A DNA stretch of 64,000 nucleotides, taken from positions 1 through 64,000 of the forward strand of contig JAUGWO010000088.1 in assembly GCA_049724395.1 (NCBI GenBank). The letters are read 5' to 3'. Source of the DNA: Spongospora subterranea f. sp. subterranea. Taxonomy: Eukaryota. Position numbers and translations under genes: made by a program. Within the stretch, counting starts at the first letter, position 1. Every line of letters starts with the position of its first letter. The notes beneath the pieces were generated by a model. The model made no database searches. It was not told the DNA's origin and saw only the letters and a program-made list of their open reading frames with translations. Positions 51,552-64,000 of this stretch are shown here, in pieces.

Positions 51552-54500
51552 GGCGACGAAACAAACTGTGAGAACGGCGGAGCTGAGAGTTGGGCGCGGA
51601 CTTGATCCAACTCCGTGATTGTATTATATTAGGGGTCGACCATATATTATATCAACTCCGTCACGGGAATCGATTATCAGATCACGATTTCATCTATTTC
51701 ATCGTTGTTTTTCTGTTTCTTTGTTTCTCAATATCGTCCCCATCGACAGGATTGAAGGGGGTTTCAGTTCCCACGTTATATCGACCTGGCCCCACGTTAT
51801 CCTGGTCATTGTCAGGACCTATTTCTGCCATCAAATCCTGACGGCCGATCTTATTGTTCTGTCATTTGCGGCACATAACGTGGCCATGTTGGGTATTTAT
51901 ACGCATCACCTTTCAAAACGAAACGGAATTGCACATTGATAAGGGTCAGATATTTGACACTCCGCAATACGATTCAAACCCGTTTTTGCCCTTTTTTTCG
52001 ACCCGGGAAGATGTTTCTTGTGAAAATCCAGTTGGACTGGGTTTTCGAACTCTCTAGGCTAATGTGTGGCCGAGGGTTGATCTATGGCGCCAGCCCATGG
52101 CGCTGGTTTCGTTCGCCGGCCCAGGTCGATCTCTGTTGAGCCCTATCGAGCTGGCAACAGAGGTCGGGGAGCTGATGAGCGAGGTGAGAACCGTTGACAT
52201 GATGGTCAAAGCGGTAAATGTCCATGTCGTGTTGACAATGAGCCGAAGACACTATGCCAGGTCTAAGGATTCGTTTGCGCGAGGACGAACTTCGGAATAG
52301 CGACCGGGGGCGGGATGGGACTTGAATCGGGGCTGTTGTTGGCAAATGGGAGTCCCTAAAGACTATTTGACGGTGGTACAGTGGTATCGCCTTATTGACA
52401 AAATCCACATGGACATTCACTGCAATTCCCTAATGTCCAATCATCTCTCCCCATCCGATGTTATCACCAAGGCGGACGCGTTCCCGTTCAATGGAATCAT
52501 GCCGTCGCCTGGCAGGTCACCGTAAACAGGCCCCTCTCGGTTCCTGTCTTTCAGAACAATGTTCGTCAAACGTACGGTTGGTGTTGCCGATGAGCCACGC
52601 CGGATGGGACACCCTATACCGATGTTCGGTAGAGGGGATTGTGCTGATCATGACCGGGGGGGTTCAAGTTGACCTTGGACCGTTCTTTGAGTTAATGGAT
52701 ATTCTCCCTGAATGGTTCACTTGACAACACAATCTGGATATGCCCTTCAAGATCGCGTGCGGGAAGGGCTGGAGCATCACAATCAACGTCTTTCGAATGA
52801 TAAAACAAATCGAAGGTCAGGTGTCTGTCCCGGTGGAGTCCACATGAGCAGCGCCAAAATTCGCGACCCCTGTCTGATCCCCTTCCAAATCCAACCAGAC
52901 TCATCCACCTCCGCTCGCCATCCTTCTCGCACTCAAAGCCCTCCTCAACCGAGGCATCACACGTTCGATTCCACCTTTATATACTCGTCAGACAATTCGC
53001 CTTTGTGTCCGCCGTGTGAATCTGCCAGAAAATGTTCTCCTTCCCAAGGAGGATCCCTGCCATAGACACCCAAACGGTCAACAATACATTAACAAAACCA
53101 TTTTACACCTCAAATCCCGATTTTGCGTTGAACATCGCTGGGCCGAGGCCGTCACGGCCACGTTCCTGGCGCCATTTTGGAATCAAATATGTGTTGTTTA
53201 TTGTTATTAAACACGTTTGTCTCAACAATTGTAGTTGCCCCATTTTACCGACGTATATAGTTCCACCATAACCTGGCGAATTTTCTGACCGTTTTGTCAA
53301 CAATGTTGTGTATTGTCAACAATGTTGTGTAATCTCATCAGTGGTGTCATCAGTTAGGACGTGGAAACCCCATCCTCTGTCAAAATGGTTGCCTGCCTGC
53401 TAGCGCCACGATTGGATGACAGCGAACCGGTTTGGTGGATGGGCAAGATTCCCACACAACCAATCGGCAACGGCGGCTGACTCTAGCGATCTCCGCCTGG
53501 CGTATTCAGGTGCCCCGTTAACTAATATCGAGTAGATTCAACGCCAACCGTTATATTCATCACTTATCGTTAACGTCAACTTGCATATACCATTGGTTTG
53601 ACGTCTGATCGCATACGGCAACGACCGTTGATCGTCTCTCGCGCTGCCCTTCCAATTGTGCTTCACAATCGAAAAGCCTTTGACGTGGGGCGCGGTGACC
53701 TCATTCGATATACAACAGCTCGATTACGAGTCTGGGATTCACAGTCGACATTGGCTTTACGCTCGTCCTGTGTTTGAATTGAGATCAATCGATTCACGAA
53801 GTCTCCGTAAATGGATAACTTTCCGATAAGAAATCGTTCGTCTGGTTGGCGTTGGCGATCGCGTCCGCAGATACAGTAAATTCGCGAAGATTCGCTTGAA
53901 CCATTGAAGTTCCCGACCGTGCCATTGCTCGAACGTGATAGACGATGGAGGAACAACCTGATTCAACAATTCCTTGTCAAGCAATTGAAAATGTGACTTC
54001 CGTGTTGATCGAGTTGTATGAAAACACATACGAGCGGCACATCAAAAGCCTTTTTGATACCGGAGCGAAAGGGGAGATTGATTGAGGTCAAGTTTAGATC
54101 GAATCAAATCGCCGCGTGCGCTGATGGTGTTCTGGAGGATGTTGTGCGTCATGAGGCGTGACACAGCCCGATTGGACAAGACGAGATTGGTTGAGACTTA
54201 GAGGGGTCCATTACTTCAAGACGATTCATCCTGATAAAGCCAGTTTGTTTTATCGCTCCGATCTCTGAGGACAGACGCTTCGCAAACCGTCGCATTACCC
54301 AATGGTAAATAATCGTGAGAACAGTCGCCGCCGACAGAACCGGTGGCAAACGGGGCAATATATGATGCCGACGACGGCCGAGACGGTGCCGGGGCAAAGA
54401 CCCGCCAATGGAGGCGGGCGGCAGACGAGGCATCAAAGCTTCTGCTGGCGGTAATGCGACAGCGATAATGCGACAAGTTATCGAAATTCAGAAAAACAAC

Positions 54501-54897
54501 ACGAAAGTGATCGAGGTTCGCGCGCTCTCTCGCACGTCGTCGGCTCTCAGCGTCACATCATATGCCAATTGCCACCGGTTCTGTCGGCGGCGACTGTTTT
54601 CACGATATTCCCTTAGCTTTTGGCGTCCTATTCGTTTAGTAATAGTTGTAAATTTTTTTTTTTGTGATCGTTCAACACGTTTGTGTTAGGTCTGTGGTAC
54701 CCCATATCTACGCTAGGGCCAGATGACGACCACACGAACACGACATGGACTGTTAAGAGCAGTCCATGCTCGTCATCTGGGCACAAATACTTGTAATCTG
54801 TGATGCTGTGGCGTGACGCCTACCCCGGCGGAAACCATTATCAACCCAAACGTTCTCTTCGCCAGATATAGACTCGATACAATCAGATTTACCAAGT

Positions 54898-55697
54898 AAT
54901 GACGATTAAGAACCGCGACCCTATCCGGATTCTATATGAAAACTAAATTCCGATGATCAGTAAAGATACGGAGCGGATGTTGACCAGTGCTGAGAAGATA
55001 GCCAAAGCGTCGAGCAGCATATTGGATGGGATAAGCTTCCTTCTCAGGAACCGACCAATTTGCAGAGGGGACCTTTGAAGGCGCCTGACCAAAAAGAAAA
55101 CATATCCAGATGTAACGGCGGTTATTTGAAAGGGGGTCGAATGTTCGACTTGAGACACAGCTCTTCTCTCGAAGAATTTGAAAAATGAGAATCACGATCA
55201 GAAACAAAAATGGAAATCCAATCAAATCGACACTCGGCAGCAAATGTAGCAGTAGGAGTGAATCAAGGGAACAAGTCAACAAAAAAAGGACAGATCATCA
55301 CGAACAACGAACAGGTATTTGAAATGCTTCTTACGGGATAGGTCTATCTGTAAGTAATCGAAATGAAGGACCAAGTTCCGCGAAGATACATGAATGGTCG
55401 AACCGATTGGTCGCGGGACAACTTTACCTCATCTATATACAGTACAGTACAAGCATTTTTGGCAAAAAAAAAAGCAACATCGTCGGCGAGCCCACTCCAA
55501 TAAAAGCGTTCTTGAATAGACGATAAGCCGTCAAAGGTCCCTCTGCCAAATTGGTCGGTTCCTGAGAAGAAAGCTTAACCCATCTGCTCGCCGCTTTGAG
55601 TATCTTCTCAGCACTGGTCAACGTCCGTTCACTGATCATCGAAATATAGTTTTCATATAAAATCCGGAAAGAGTCTCGGTTCTCCTTAATCGTCATT
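54898..55697. mobile_element. Two inverted Ty3/gypsy RNase H fragments (54898-55078 minus; 55531-55697 plus)
   Basis: WSVPEKEAYPI...YLL...IFTDHRNLVFI on the minus strand; a diverged copy of the same DNA on the plus strand. Confidence 0.8.
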
Positions 55698-57535
55698 CCT
55701 TCGACAAAATACAACGCTGGGTATGGCTTTGAGATCAATAATGCTGTTGATATTTCCGTGAATTCCTCAAATCCTGATTTGGGAAGTTCTTATCTCGTGG
55801 TTTGGTTTTGAAATTGTAGAAAACTCCAGGAATCCCACTTTCGCAGCTTCAACAAGACTATCCGGTGTTCGCCAAACATCGCCTTCGGGGTGCTGAGCTC
55901 CTGTCCTCTCGAGTTACTCGCCCTGCTCGATTGACGACACCACTATCGCCTGTTTAGCTAAGTGAGAGGGCGATATGTCTTAGTAAAACACAATACAATC
56001 GGTCTGCAGATGTTGATTTGTCGATAAACATAATCTTACTGGGCATGGTGGGAATCTGTCGCGATAGGTTAACCGTCGATAAACTTAAATTTACTCCAAC
56101 CCCAGGGCCACCGCAAAAAGTCTTTCGGCGGGGCGCGTCAAATCCACAACGTTCCGCAAACAAACGCAGACACACGATGGGAGTATCGGCGCCGGGCGTA
56201 ACCAGAACGTCTCTGGATCCTGTGTTCTTTGCCTAGTCGCGATTGCAATAAACCAGTAGTATCGAAGTTGTGCAGCAAAGAAGGGTTTTCTAACAACAAC
56301 CTGTAGAAAATATTGGTGTGGAGGTCATAGATTACAATTCGCATTTTATTACGATTTCTTTCTCAGATGATGTCCGTCCTGATTGGTGTGTCCCAAAAGT
56401 TCCTAGCCCAATAATTTTCACATCACATAATGGGTCATTCTTGAGACTCAGTTGCACGAAACTGGAAATCGTGACGAAGAACACAAAAAGCTGGGATCGG
56501 GAATGCCGGAATTTACGAGTGGACAGTGAATCGGAATGTTCAACCGCTTATTGACGGTTTCATGGAAAAACACGATTCCGTTTTAGTGTTGTCAATAGGA
56601 GTAAAAAGGGTATTGCGATGGTGGTACTTCAAATCTGCCGCTGCCTTGCCCTGCGGTTAATAACTTTGGTACAAGGCAACGACGAGCTAATTTAAAATTA
56701 GGCCATTCTCCGGTAGGGACATTTGCACTAATTTGGCCGAATGACGAATTGTGTGAGATTAACACCACGAGAAATCGGTTGCTGTTCAGGAATAAAGAAA
56801 CTGGTTCCATCAACTCACATTGATGGTGGTTTTTTCATCCCGATTAATCCATCGAAGTGGATCTGATGAAGAGGAATTCAGTAATCTGTGTACAGTGTTA
56901 CTCTCATTGTAAACTGATTCAAAGCCATCAGTTCGCTACACCTTGACTGTTACAAAAATTGAGAATTCACAAAATACGCGTTCGATACGTGGTTTGAAGA
57001 TGCTTAAAAATCATATCAAGTCTATCCCCTCCCATTCGTTCTGTCATGGAATGTCACTCTCCATAATCGGGCAGCAACCGTTTCTGAGTTATCTACACTT
57101 TCAAAAAAGTGGAAAGCCCAGGGAATATTATGGACTCTTTCTTCTGGTAAATTCAACTGCAAAAGGTCGTTCGACTCACCAAAACTTCAACCGTTAATCC
57201 GAAAAATGATCTGATGTGTCTGCTCCAAGCCGCAGTATGAATCGATGATCGATAGTTAACTCATTTCTCGATGAACCGGAACCCGTAGCGCATTCATTTC
57301 GCCATGCGCGTTGAATTCGGCATTCTGTCAAATCCGATTGACTTTGGTGGTTTCAAAACCAAGGTGCTACCAATCATACATAGCGACCGGCTCAAGACTT
57401 AGGAAATTTGACCGTCTTTGACTTTCCAGAATGGAGATGGTCTGAAGTCAAAAATTGGCGGTTTTGGTGTTTTTGAAACGTGAAAGTGTCCGTGACGGAG
57501 TCCGGGTCGACTCGGCGACCCGTGGTTGGCAAACG

Positions 57536-58762
57536 ATGCCGGGCAAGTTCAGCGCCATCTGTGGGGCAGTAACATGTCCTGGTGCCGTCGATTGGGATAG
57601 ATGGCGTGATGGCGATGCGGTTATCGCCAAGAGACGCGTCGAATATGATGATCTTGTGATCCTATTTGAGAGTCATCAATCGATGCAGTTCGCCATCGTT
57701 AAACCGGGAATCATCTGGTCATCAAAGAAAGGTCATTTCCAGTAAGATATCACAGTCTGTTTATTGCTTCGATCCCTATTTCCATTGCCCCGCCCACTTT
57801 TTTTTATTCGTTGTTTGATCTGTTGTTTGTTGATTCAAGTAATGAACGTTGTTCATGTGAGATTGTTGGTCGTTTATTCGCTAACCTAAAATAATGCTGT
57901 GAACTATAGTCATGACGATTTCGTTGGCGTTGAATATGGCAGTATGGTGCGAGCCAGGAAAGGGGTATCGAAAAGCCATCGCCCTAAACCTGGCGATCCG
58001 ATCCACGCTGGCTGGATCGTCCTGATGCACCCGTCGCCCGATCTGTGGACCCTCAGCCTCAACCATCGAACCCAGATCCTGTACGACGCCGATATCGCCA
58101 TGATCCTGCTCCATCTCGAAGTTCGACCAGGCGCCGTCATCTTCGAATCGGGAACGGGATCGTGTTCATTGTCGACGTCGATCGCTAATGCCATAGCGCC
58201 GACCGGCCATCTCTACACGTTCGAGTTCAACGAGGAACGGTTCGCTTCGGCCCGTCACGATCTGCAGCTAATGAAGGTGGATCACATCGCCACCTGTATT
58301 CACAGGAATGTCATCGCCGATGGATTCGCGATCGCCGACCGTGAAAATATCGTCGCCGATGCCGTTTTCCTCGATCTTCCCGCTCCGTGGGATGCCGTTC
58401 ACCATGCAGATGGCGTGTTGAGACCATTCGGCAAGATCTGCTCTTTTTCTCCATGTATGGAACAGGTTCAGCGAACGTGTCAGGTGCTGAGATCCCTCGG
58501 GTTCATCGAGATCATCACATTGGAATGTCTTCGCCGAACGTTTGACGCTGTCGTGACCCAGTTTCCCCAGGCCAATTTCGCCAGTTTCACCAAAGACGAT
58601 GGGACGGCGGTGGCGAAAGTCTCAACCAAACGTCAACGAAGAGGGAAAACCGAGCCGGCCGATGGGGTTCTTGTGTCTAAATCATTCGCCAGTATGAGAG
58701 GACATACCGGATTCTTGACATTCGCCAGAAAGCCATTGCCTCCCCCTTCATTGTCAACCTAA
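57536..58762 (+). CDS. TRM61: tRNA (adenine58-N1)-methyltransferase catalytic subunit, 2 exons (intron 57742-57909)
   Basis: PSPDLWTLSLNHRTQILY; VIFESGTGSCSLS; LYTFEF; DAVFLDLPAPW; CSFSPCMEQV; GHTGFLTFA. Confidence 0.95.
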
Positions 58763-59272
58763 AATCCCAAAACTTGTACCGTCGAATCCTTAACCAATTT
58801 CCTACATCCAAGTTCTAGTTTGTCCGCCCCTACAGAGCTGGTTAAATTTTGACACATCGTTTCCAAACTGTTATTAGTAACTCGATGAACACCTCAGCCT
58901 CGCAATGCCATGACCAAAGCAATCTCATCGGATTGTTGATTTGATCATTTTCTTCCAGATATTTTCAGGCTCATGACAGAACTGCGATACCTCAACCCGA
59001 ATCGTACTATCGGATGTAAATGGGACACTGAGAATGTGTCACACGTCTTGAGTTTTGGAAAACGACCGATCGAGGCAAGGGGTCCATCACTGGGGGCAAT
59101 CTTTTAGCTCGATATTTCTCGCTGAGATAAAAGAGCTCTAGCTCGATATGCAGTGCTAAATTTATCGAGCTTATTGACCTCGATATATTGTGATGTTTGT
59201 TGACATGGACTGTAAATAATTGTTGTCACGATCGGTGGCGTCGATAATGGTCGGTCGGTTTCCTGTAGTTAC

Positions 59273-60633
59273 CAGCACTGTGTCTGTCGTTCTCCTATCG
59301 TCATGCAGAGCCTGTACTGTTTCGAGTCAAGAGGACGATATATTGAGCAGTGTGGGAATTGCAGCCAATTTGGACAGGTTCCTTGAGTTGCCAAACCGAA
59401 TCGGAACTCTTGCAAATGCGACACAAAGATTTGAAAAATCTTCTCATTTCCAGGGGGCTTCCCAGTACGGGTGCAAAGCAGATGTTAATCGATCGGTTGC
59501 GGACGACACCTCCGAACATTGAGAACAATGTTAGGCGTGAGTTGATGAAGAAGTGGTTTATGAAGACGTCTTGACCTCCTTTGCCTGCAATGTTCCAGAT
59601 ATCCACAGGTACCGGGACCAAGTCATGAGCAGGTGGCAGTATATTCGTCGGTGATTGCAGCGCCAGTATTGATTTTGATAGTTCTCGCCATTGTGTCAAC
59701 GTATGCAGATCGACAGCATGACCGTATTGGTCTGGTGTGAGGGTGGCGTTGCCCGTTGCAAAAGGCGCGACGTGTTGCTGACACCATCGCGTCATCATGG
59801 ACCGATAAGTAACGAGCGTTTCCTCCAAGAATTCCACAAATGTCACGCTGATGATATTTCCATGCCGGCAACTATATGTGCAAGGTGGCAACAATTTGTG
59901 ACAGCGGCATGATGAAGAGCCTGCGCGCGATACGAAGTAGTCCAAATTAAAACCTTGAACAAATCGGAAAACTGACTGGTTAGTAAGCCCAGTCGCCGCT
60001 GCTGTAACTCGTCGCTCTTCCGCTTCGCGAATCGTGGCCGGCGAGCACATGGTCTTAATCTCCAGGACACACGCCACATCAACTTTACCCTCACCACAAT
60101 GAATAACCGCTGCGCCGTCGATCGAAGTTCCAATAAAAGACTGTTCTGCATGGCCGTCCGGGGTTGGGTTGCGAAACCTTAAAAGCCCTCGTTCTACAAT
60201 AGGCTCAACGATTTGAAAGACACCTTCTCCAGCGCGATTCCTCAAGAAAACAGCAGAGCCTGTAACACGAAGGATTCGTTGACGGATCCCATTTTGAGAT
60301 ACGTGTTATGAATCGGCTTCATAAACCACTTCTTCATCTGGCTTCATAAACCACTTCTTCATCAACTCACGCCTAACATTGTTCTCAATGTTCGGAGGTG
60401 TCGTCCGCAACCGATCGATTAACATCTGCTTTGCACCCGTACTGAGAAGCCCCCTGGAAATGAGAAGATTTTTCAAATCTTAGTGTCGCATTTTCAAGAG
60501 TTCCGATTCGGTTGGCAACTCAAGGAACCTGTCCAAATTGGCTGCAATTCCCACACTGCTCAATATATCGTCCTCTTGACTCGAAACAGTACAGGCTCTG
60601 CATGACGATAGGAGAACGACAGACACAGTGCTG
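59273..60633. repeat. Near-identical inverted repeat, arms 59273-59565 and 60342-60633
   Basis: About 293 bp arms differing by 3 substitutions and 1 indel on visual alignment. Confidence 0.95.
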
Positions 60634-61125
60634 AAGAGCGGCACGATGAACATGACATTCGCACCCACCCTGCACAGCAGTAATCTGCTCAACGTTCGCG
60701 TCAATCTGCAACGCGATCAGAGACGGGGCGGCTGTGCCACTCTTTTTGAGCCTGCACGCTTAGCCTTGTAAAACCACGTGCCGACGTGGTTGCTTAATGT
60801 AGTAATCATCGTGCAGACGTGTCCTTTTCCAGATCGATACGCCAACGCGAAACGCTCACGACTAGCGATATAGCGACGAGCAACGTAAAGGGCCTTGGCG
60901 CCAACTTCAAGACTGGCCATGCGAGATCCAGTTGCGGCAACCGTTCCAAACGTGAACGGAAACCACTTAACTCTGACGAACGTGCCGACGATCTCAAATC
61001 GACAGGAGAGTACCCATTCCACAAGCTCTGGACGCCAGTATCCACGATATCCATGGCAATCAAGTTTCCAAAGGACTTGACTTGTTCCACTAGATCCACC
61101 TGGTGCATCCACATCATCAGTTGAT
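59566..61125 (-). mobile_element. Fragment of a piggyBac-like transposase with inserted SAP and YqaJ/lambda-exonuclease domains (pseudogenised)
   Basis: IAMD-RGYW...IVGT..RVKWFPFTFG; SAP-like LKNLLISRGLxSTGAKQMLIDRL; LKMGSVNE, ERGLL, GTSIDG, VLEIKT, YRAQ; then PVPVDIWNIAGKGGQDV. Confidence 0.7.
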
Positions 61126-61129
61126 TTGA

Positions 61130-64000
61130 GAAGGGTCCTGATTCGTTCCGCGTAAACGACTCTTGCCCAACGTTGTATATCTGCACATCATCGGATAGAG
61201 AGGGCGCCTGCAATTCAGCAATTTCTTGGGTAGTGGGAAAGACGAAATCCTTCATGGGAATCACGATCCCAGGAGGAATATTAGACTTCCGCTGTAAACG
61301 GCAGGCACGAGAGTGTGTGCTAGGAAATGCTCCCCAGCGGGAAAGCATGTCAGCCCAGACATTATGAGGGTATGTGCTCAATTACGTAGTCCACTGAGCT
61401 AAATTTTAGAGACCATCGATAAAGCTTGTCAAGAGTGTGCTGCTTCAAAGGAACTGAAGTAGTCTCGGGGTTGAAAATGTACATCAGGTTGCGGTGGTCA
61501 GTAAAAATGTGAAGCTTGCGCTCATATATTACCAGGTAATCGAAACGTTGAATAGCGTCCAAAAATAGGGAACGCTTCCTTTTCAGGAATTGCCCAGCGA
61601 GCCGATGCACCATGAAAGCTGCGACTAAAAAAATGCGAGCGGCAGATGATTTTGTTCTGGCAAAGGCTTTGAAAGTTCAGCAGGATCGACTTGTGTAATG
61701 ACAATAGCATACGAAAATCAAGCGAAGCGTCTGTGAAAAGACAACAATCATATTCTTGACGAGGGTGATGAAGGGTCCAGCCTGAGAAATGGCGTGAATT
61801 GAATCTCTAAACGCACGCTCATGAATTTCAGCCCACGAGTCGGCCAAAACAGGGATACGACGCGAAAATCGCCTTGGACCTAGACCCTTGACCTTGCATG
61901 AGATTTTGAAGCAGGTCGCGTAGGGGGCGAACGTGACGTTCGAAATCAGGTATATGGCTGCTGATCCATGTGAGATCGGCTGCGGTTGATGGGCTCGGCA
62001 TCACGATAAGTGACTCAAGGCGAGCAGGATCATGGCGAACCGTCCCTGAGGAATACAGACGGCCACAGTATTTGGCTTCTGTTAAGTAGTTATCGGCAGA
62101 TGGAGCATGTGCCAACAAATCATCAACCCAAATTAGAAGTTGGAATTGCGACAATAACGGGCGAAAGATTGTTTCCTTGCCTTGTTGAAACGCGAAAACA
62201 GAATTCATGTTTCCATGTGGAAGACGCAGCGGTGTAACGATCCCCAGAGGAGTCAACATCAATTGTGATTCAATTGCACCATCTATGGGAAATTGCCAAA
62301 AACCCTTGAAAGCATTCAAAGTGGCAAAAACGTTGGAATTTGACAGAAACTCGCCGATAGCGTGCAAGTGGGGCATTGGATACATTCTACGTTTGATCTG
62401 GGAATTAGGATAATGGAGATCCACGACAGAACGAAGAGAGCGATTTTAACCAGGTTTCGGTACACAGAAGACTGGAGACGACCATGCAGAATTAGGTTGG
62501 CACAGTTCTGGCCGAGCATCTTCGTTTAACTCTAACAGAAAGGGCGGAATGTCAACGGGAGGGTCAGGACCAAGATTGACCCTGAAGTTATCACGATAAT
62601 CGGATATTAATGATCGTAGCCGCTTAACGAATGCAGAGGCGGCGCCTTCCTTTACAGCTTCCTGGACGATCTGATTTAGCGCTTCGTTTAGCTCAGAGTC
62701 TTCAGATGTTCCAAAAGCGAAGGCATCTGCTTCCTCCACACACGGATAATCGGATCCAGGTGGATTGGAGACGATGCCAGACGGATCTTCGTGAGGTTCA
62801 TCAACAATATCAACTTGCTGAGCACCCAGCGCAGCGACCATGCTTTCCACGTCTATACCTAGCACTAGAATAAGTGGTCGGCCCAGCAGGACCTCAGGCA
62901 TGTCGACCTCGAGAACGTAAATCCAATGACGCCTGACTGTTACGGTTCCAGCAGATGTTTGAATAGTCAGATCAGCTAGAAACTTCAAAGAAGATTTGTA
63001 GATGGAGCCATCACTTAGACTGAAGTGTCGTAGCACCTCGCAAATATCAGGATTGAATGACGACAAACGCTCCCAAACGTTCTTGCCGACGACGATATAA
63101 TCAGCCATCGTCCAAAAGCGTGGCAAAGTCAAAACCATGAGAGCCGGTAGAAATGCCACAGATGAAATGAGACGCGAAATAGGTTTAGAATCTAGGTGAA
63201 CAGGAGTATCGTTCGATGTTGTGAAAGATTCATTGGACTCCGCAACAGAAGCCAAACGAATCGTAGATGGTATTGAAGGCGGTGACCAGAAAGAATTGTA
63301 GTCAGCGACAGCCAACCGATTGGCTTTGGCTGCGGGGGAAGGACTAGAAGACGTTGATGGTGCAGCGGGAGGCGACTACGATGATGTGGCTGGAACTGGG
63401 GCAGTAGATGATCCTGCACCATCAGCAACGGTTCTCATTGCTGGGTTCCTTGACGGGATTGGTGGCCTTGTGAAATTTGGCTTATAAAAGGTGTTTGAAG
63501 AGCCAGTGGATACGGTAGCTGGCCTTGGGGCAGACCTACTCTGCTGACCTGTAGTTGGGCCTGCAGAATTCGATGCAGCGGAGGGGTTGACCGATGCTGC
63601 TCGTTTTGCTTGCCTGAATTCTTCGAGCAGACGTCTTGCTTCGTCCGGAGTACAATCGGGACATTGCATAACGTGATGGGAGGCTTTACACTTGAAACAT
63701 TCGAACGTTCTAGTGGTGGGCACGGCAGCCCTGCCTGCAGGATTCGGGGAGTCACGGTTGAAACGATTAAAAGCCTTTAACGTATCAAGAACGAAAATCG
63801 TGAAACTTAGACAAATCGGACTGGCACTCGATCTCCTCGACATCGAGAGCAGCTCTGACGGTATCACGTAGCGATACAGGATGAAGAGCGTCTATCATTC
63901 CTTGTATCTGTTTCCTTTGTACCTCTTCATGTTTCTTGAAGTGCTCCGTTAGGCCTTGTTTATCCAGGATTTGATCGGACTGGCGAAAGAGGTCCAGAAT
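61130..64000 (-). mobile_element. Decayed Ty3/gypsy element (gag zinc knuckle, protease, RT, RNase H), truncated before the integrase
   Basis: CFKCKASHHVMQC; frameshifted LD..ADYIVV and EVLLGRP; WSSPVFCVPKP; AFKGFWQFP; LIWVDDLL; FTDAS; WAIPEKEAFPI; FTDHRNL; NVWADMLSRW. Confidence 0.9.

Noticed and set aside
50879..51610. Long overlapping ORFs around RPL8
   Set aside because: Shadow frames produced by the GC-rich codon bias of RPL8.
52060..54480. Clusters of short ORFs and a 19-bp tandem duplication at 53294-53331
   Set aside because: No recognisable domain or splice-consistent model; the duplication is isolated.
55950..56600. Possible MULE transposase fragment (IMFIDKSTSADRL)
   Set aside because: A single weak motif with no supporting downstream catalytic residues.
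56855..56900. CTGATGA as a hammerhead ribozyme core
   Set aside because: No stem II followed by GAAA and no flanking helices.
57742..57909. Unusually long (168 nt) TRM61 intron as a snoRNA host
   Set aside because: No convincing C/D or H/ACA box pair; mostly T-rich sequence.

Overview
Gene-dense, intron-rich eukaryotic nuclear DNA with mostly 45-70 nt GT-AG introns. Gene style and TE content suggest a protist such as a plasmodiophorid (inference only). Blocks of housekeeping genes (VPS4, a GT13/GnT-I-like glycosyltransferase, an LPAAT, eIF2B-epsilon, UAP1, UPF3, a rhomboid, USB1, RPL8/uL2, TRM61) alternate with transposon-rich tracts. The left end holds an A-rich non-LTR retrotransposon with an OTU-like cysteine protease, APE and RT, inserted antisense into a nearly intact Ty3/gypsy chromovirus. 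The right end holds a decayed Ty3/gypsy element abutting a piggyBac-like transposase fragment that carries a SAP motif and a YqaJ/lambda-exonuclease domain between its catalytic motifs, with a ~293 bp inverted duplication. Other notable items: a tandem pair of related small secreted proteins (one very His-rich), a membrane protein ending in a Cdc48/p97 SHP box, three fold-back duplications, and repeated single-base homopolymer frameshifts in conserved genes that most likely reflect assembly error. All calls come from motif recognition by eye; no searches were run.
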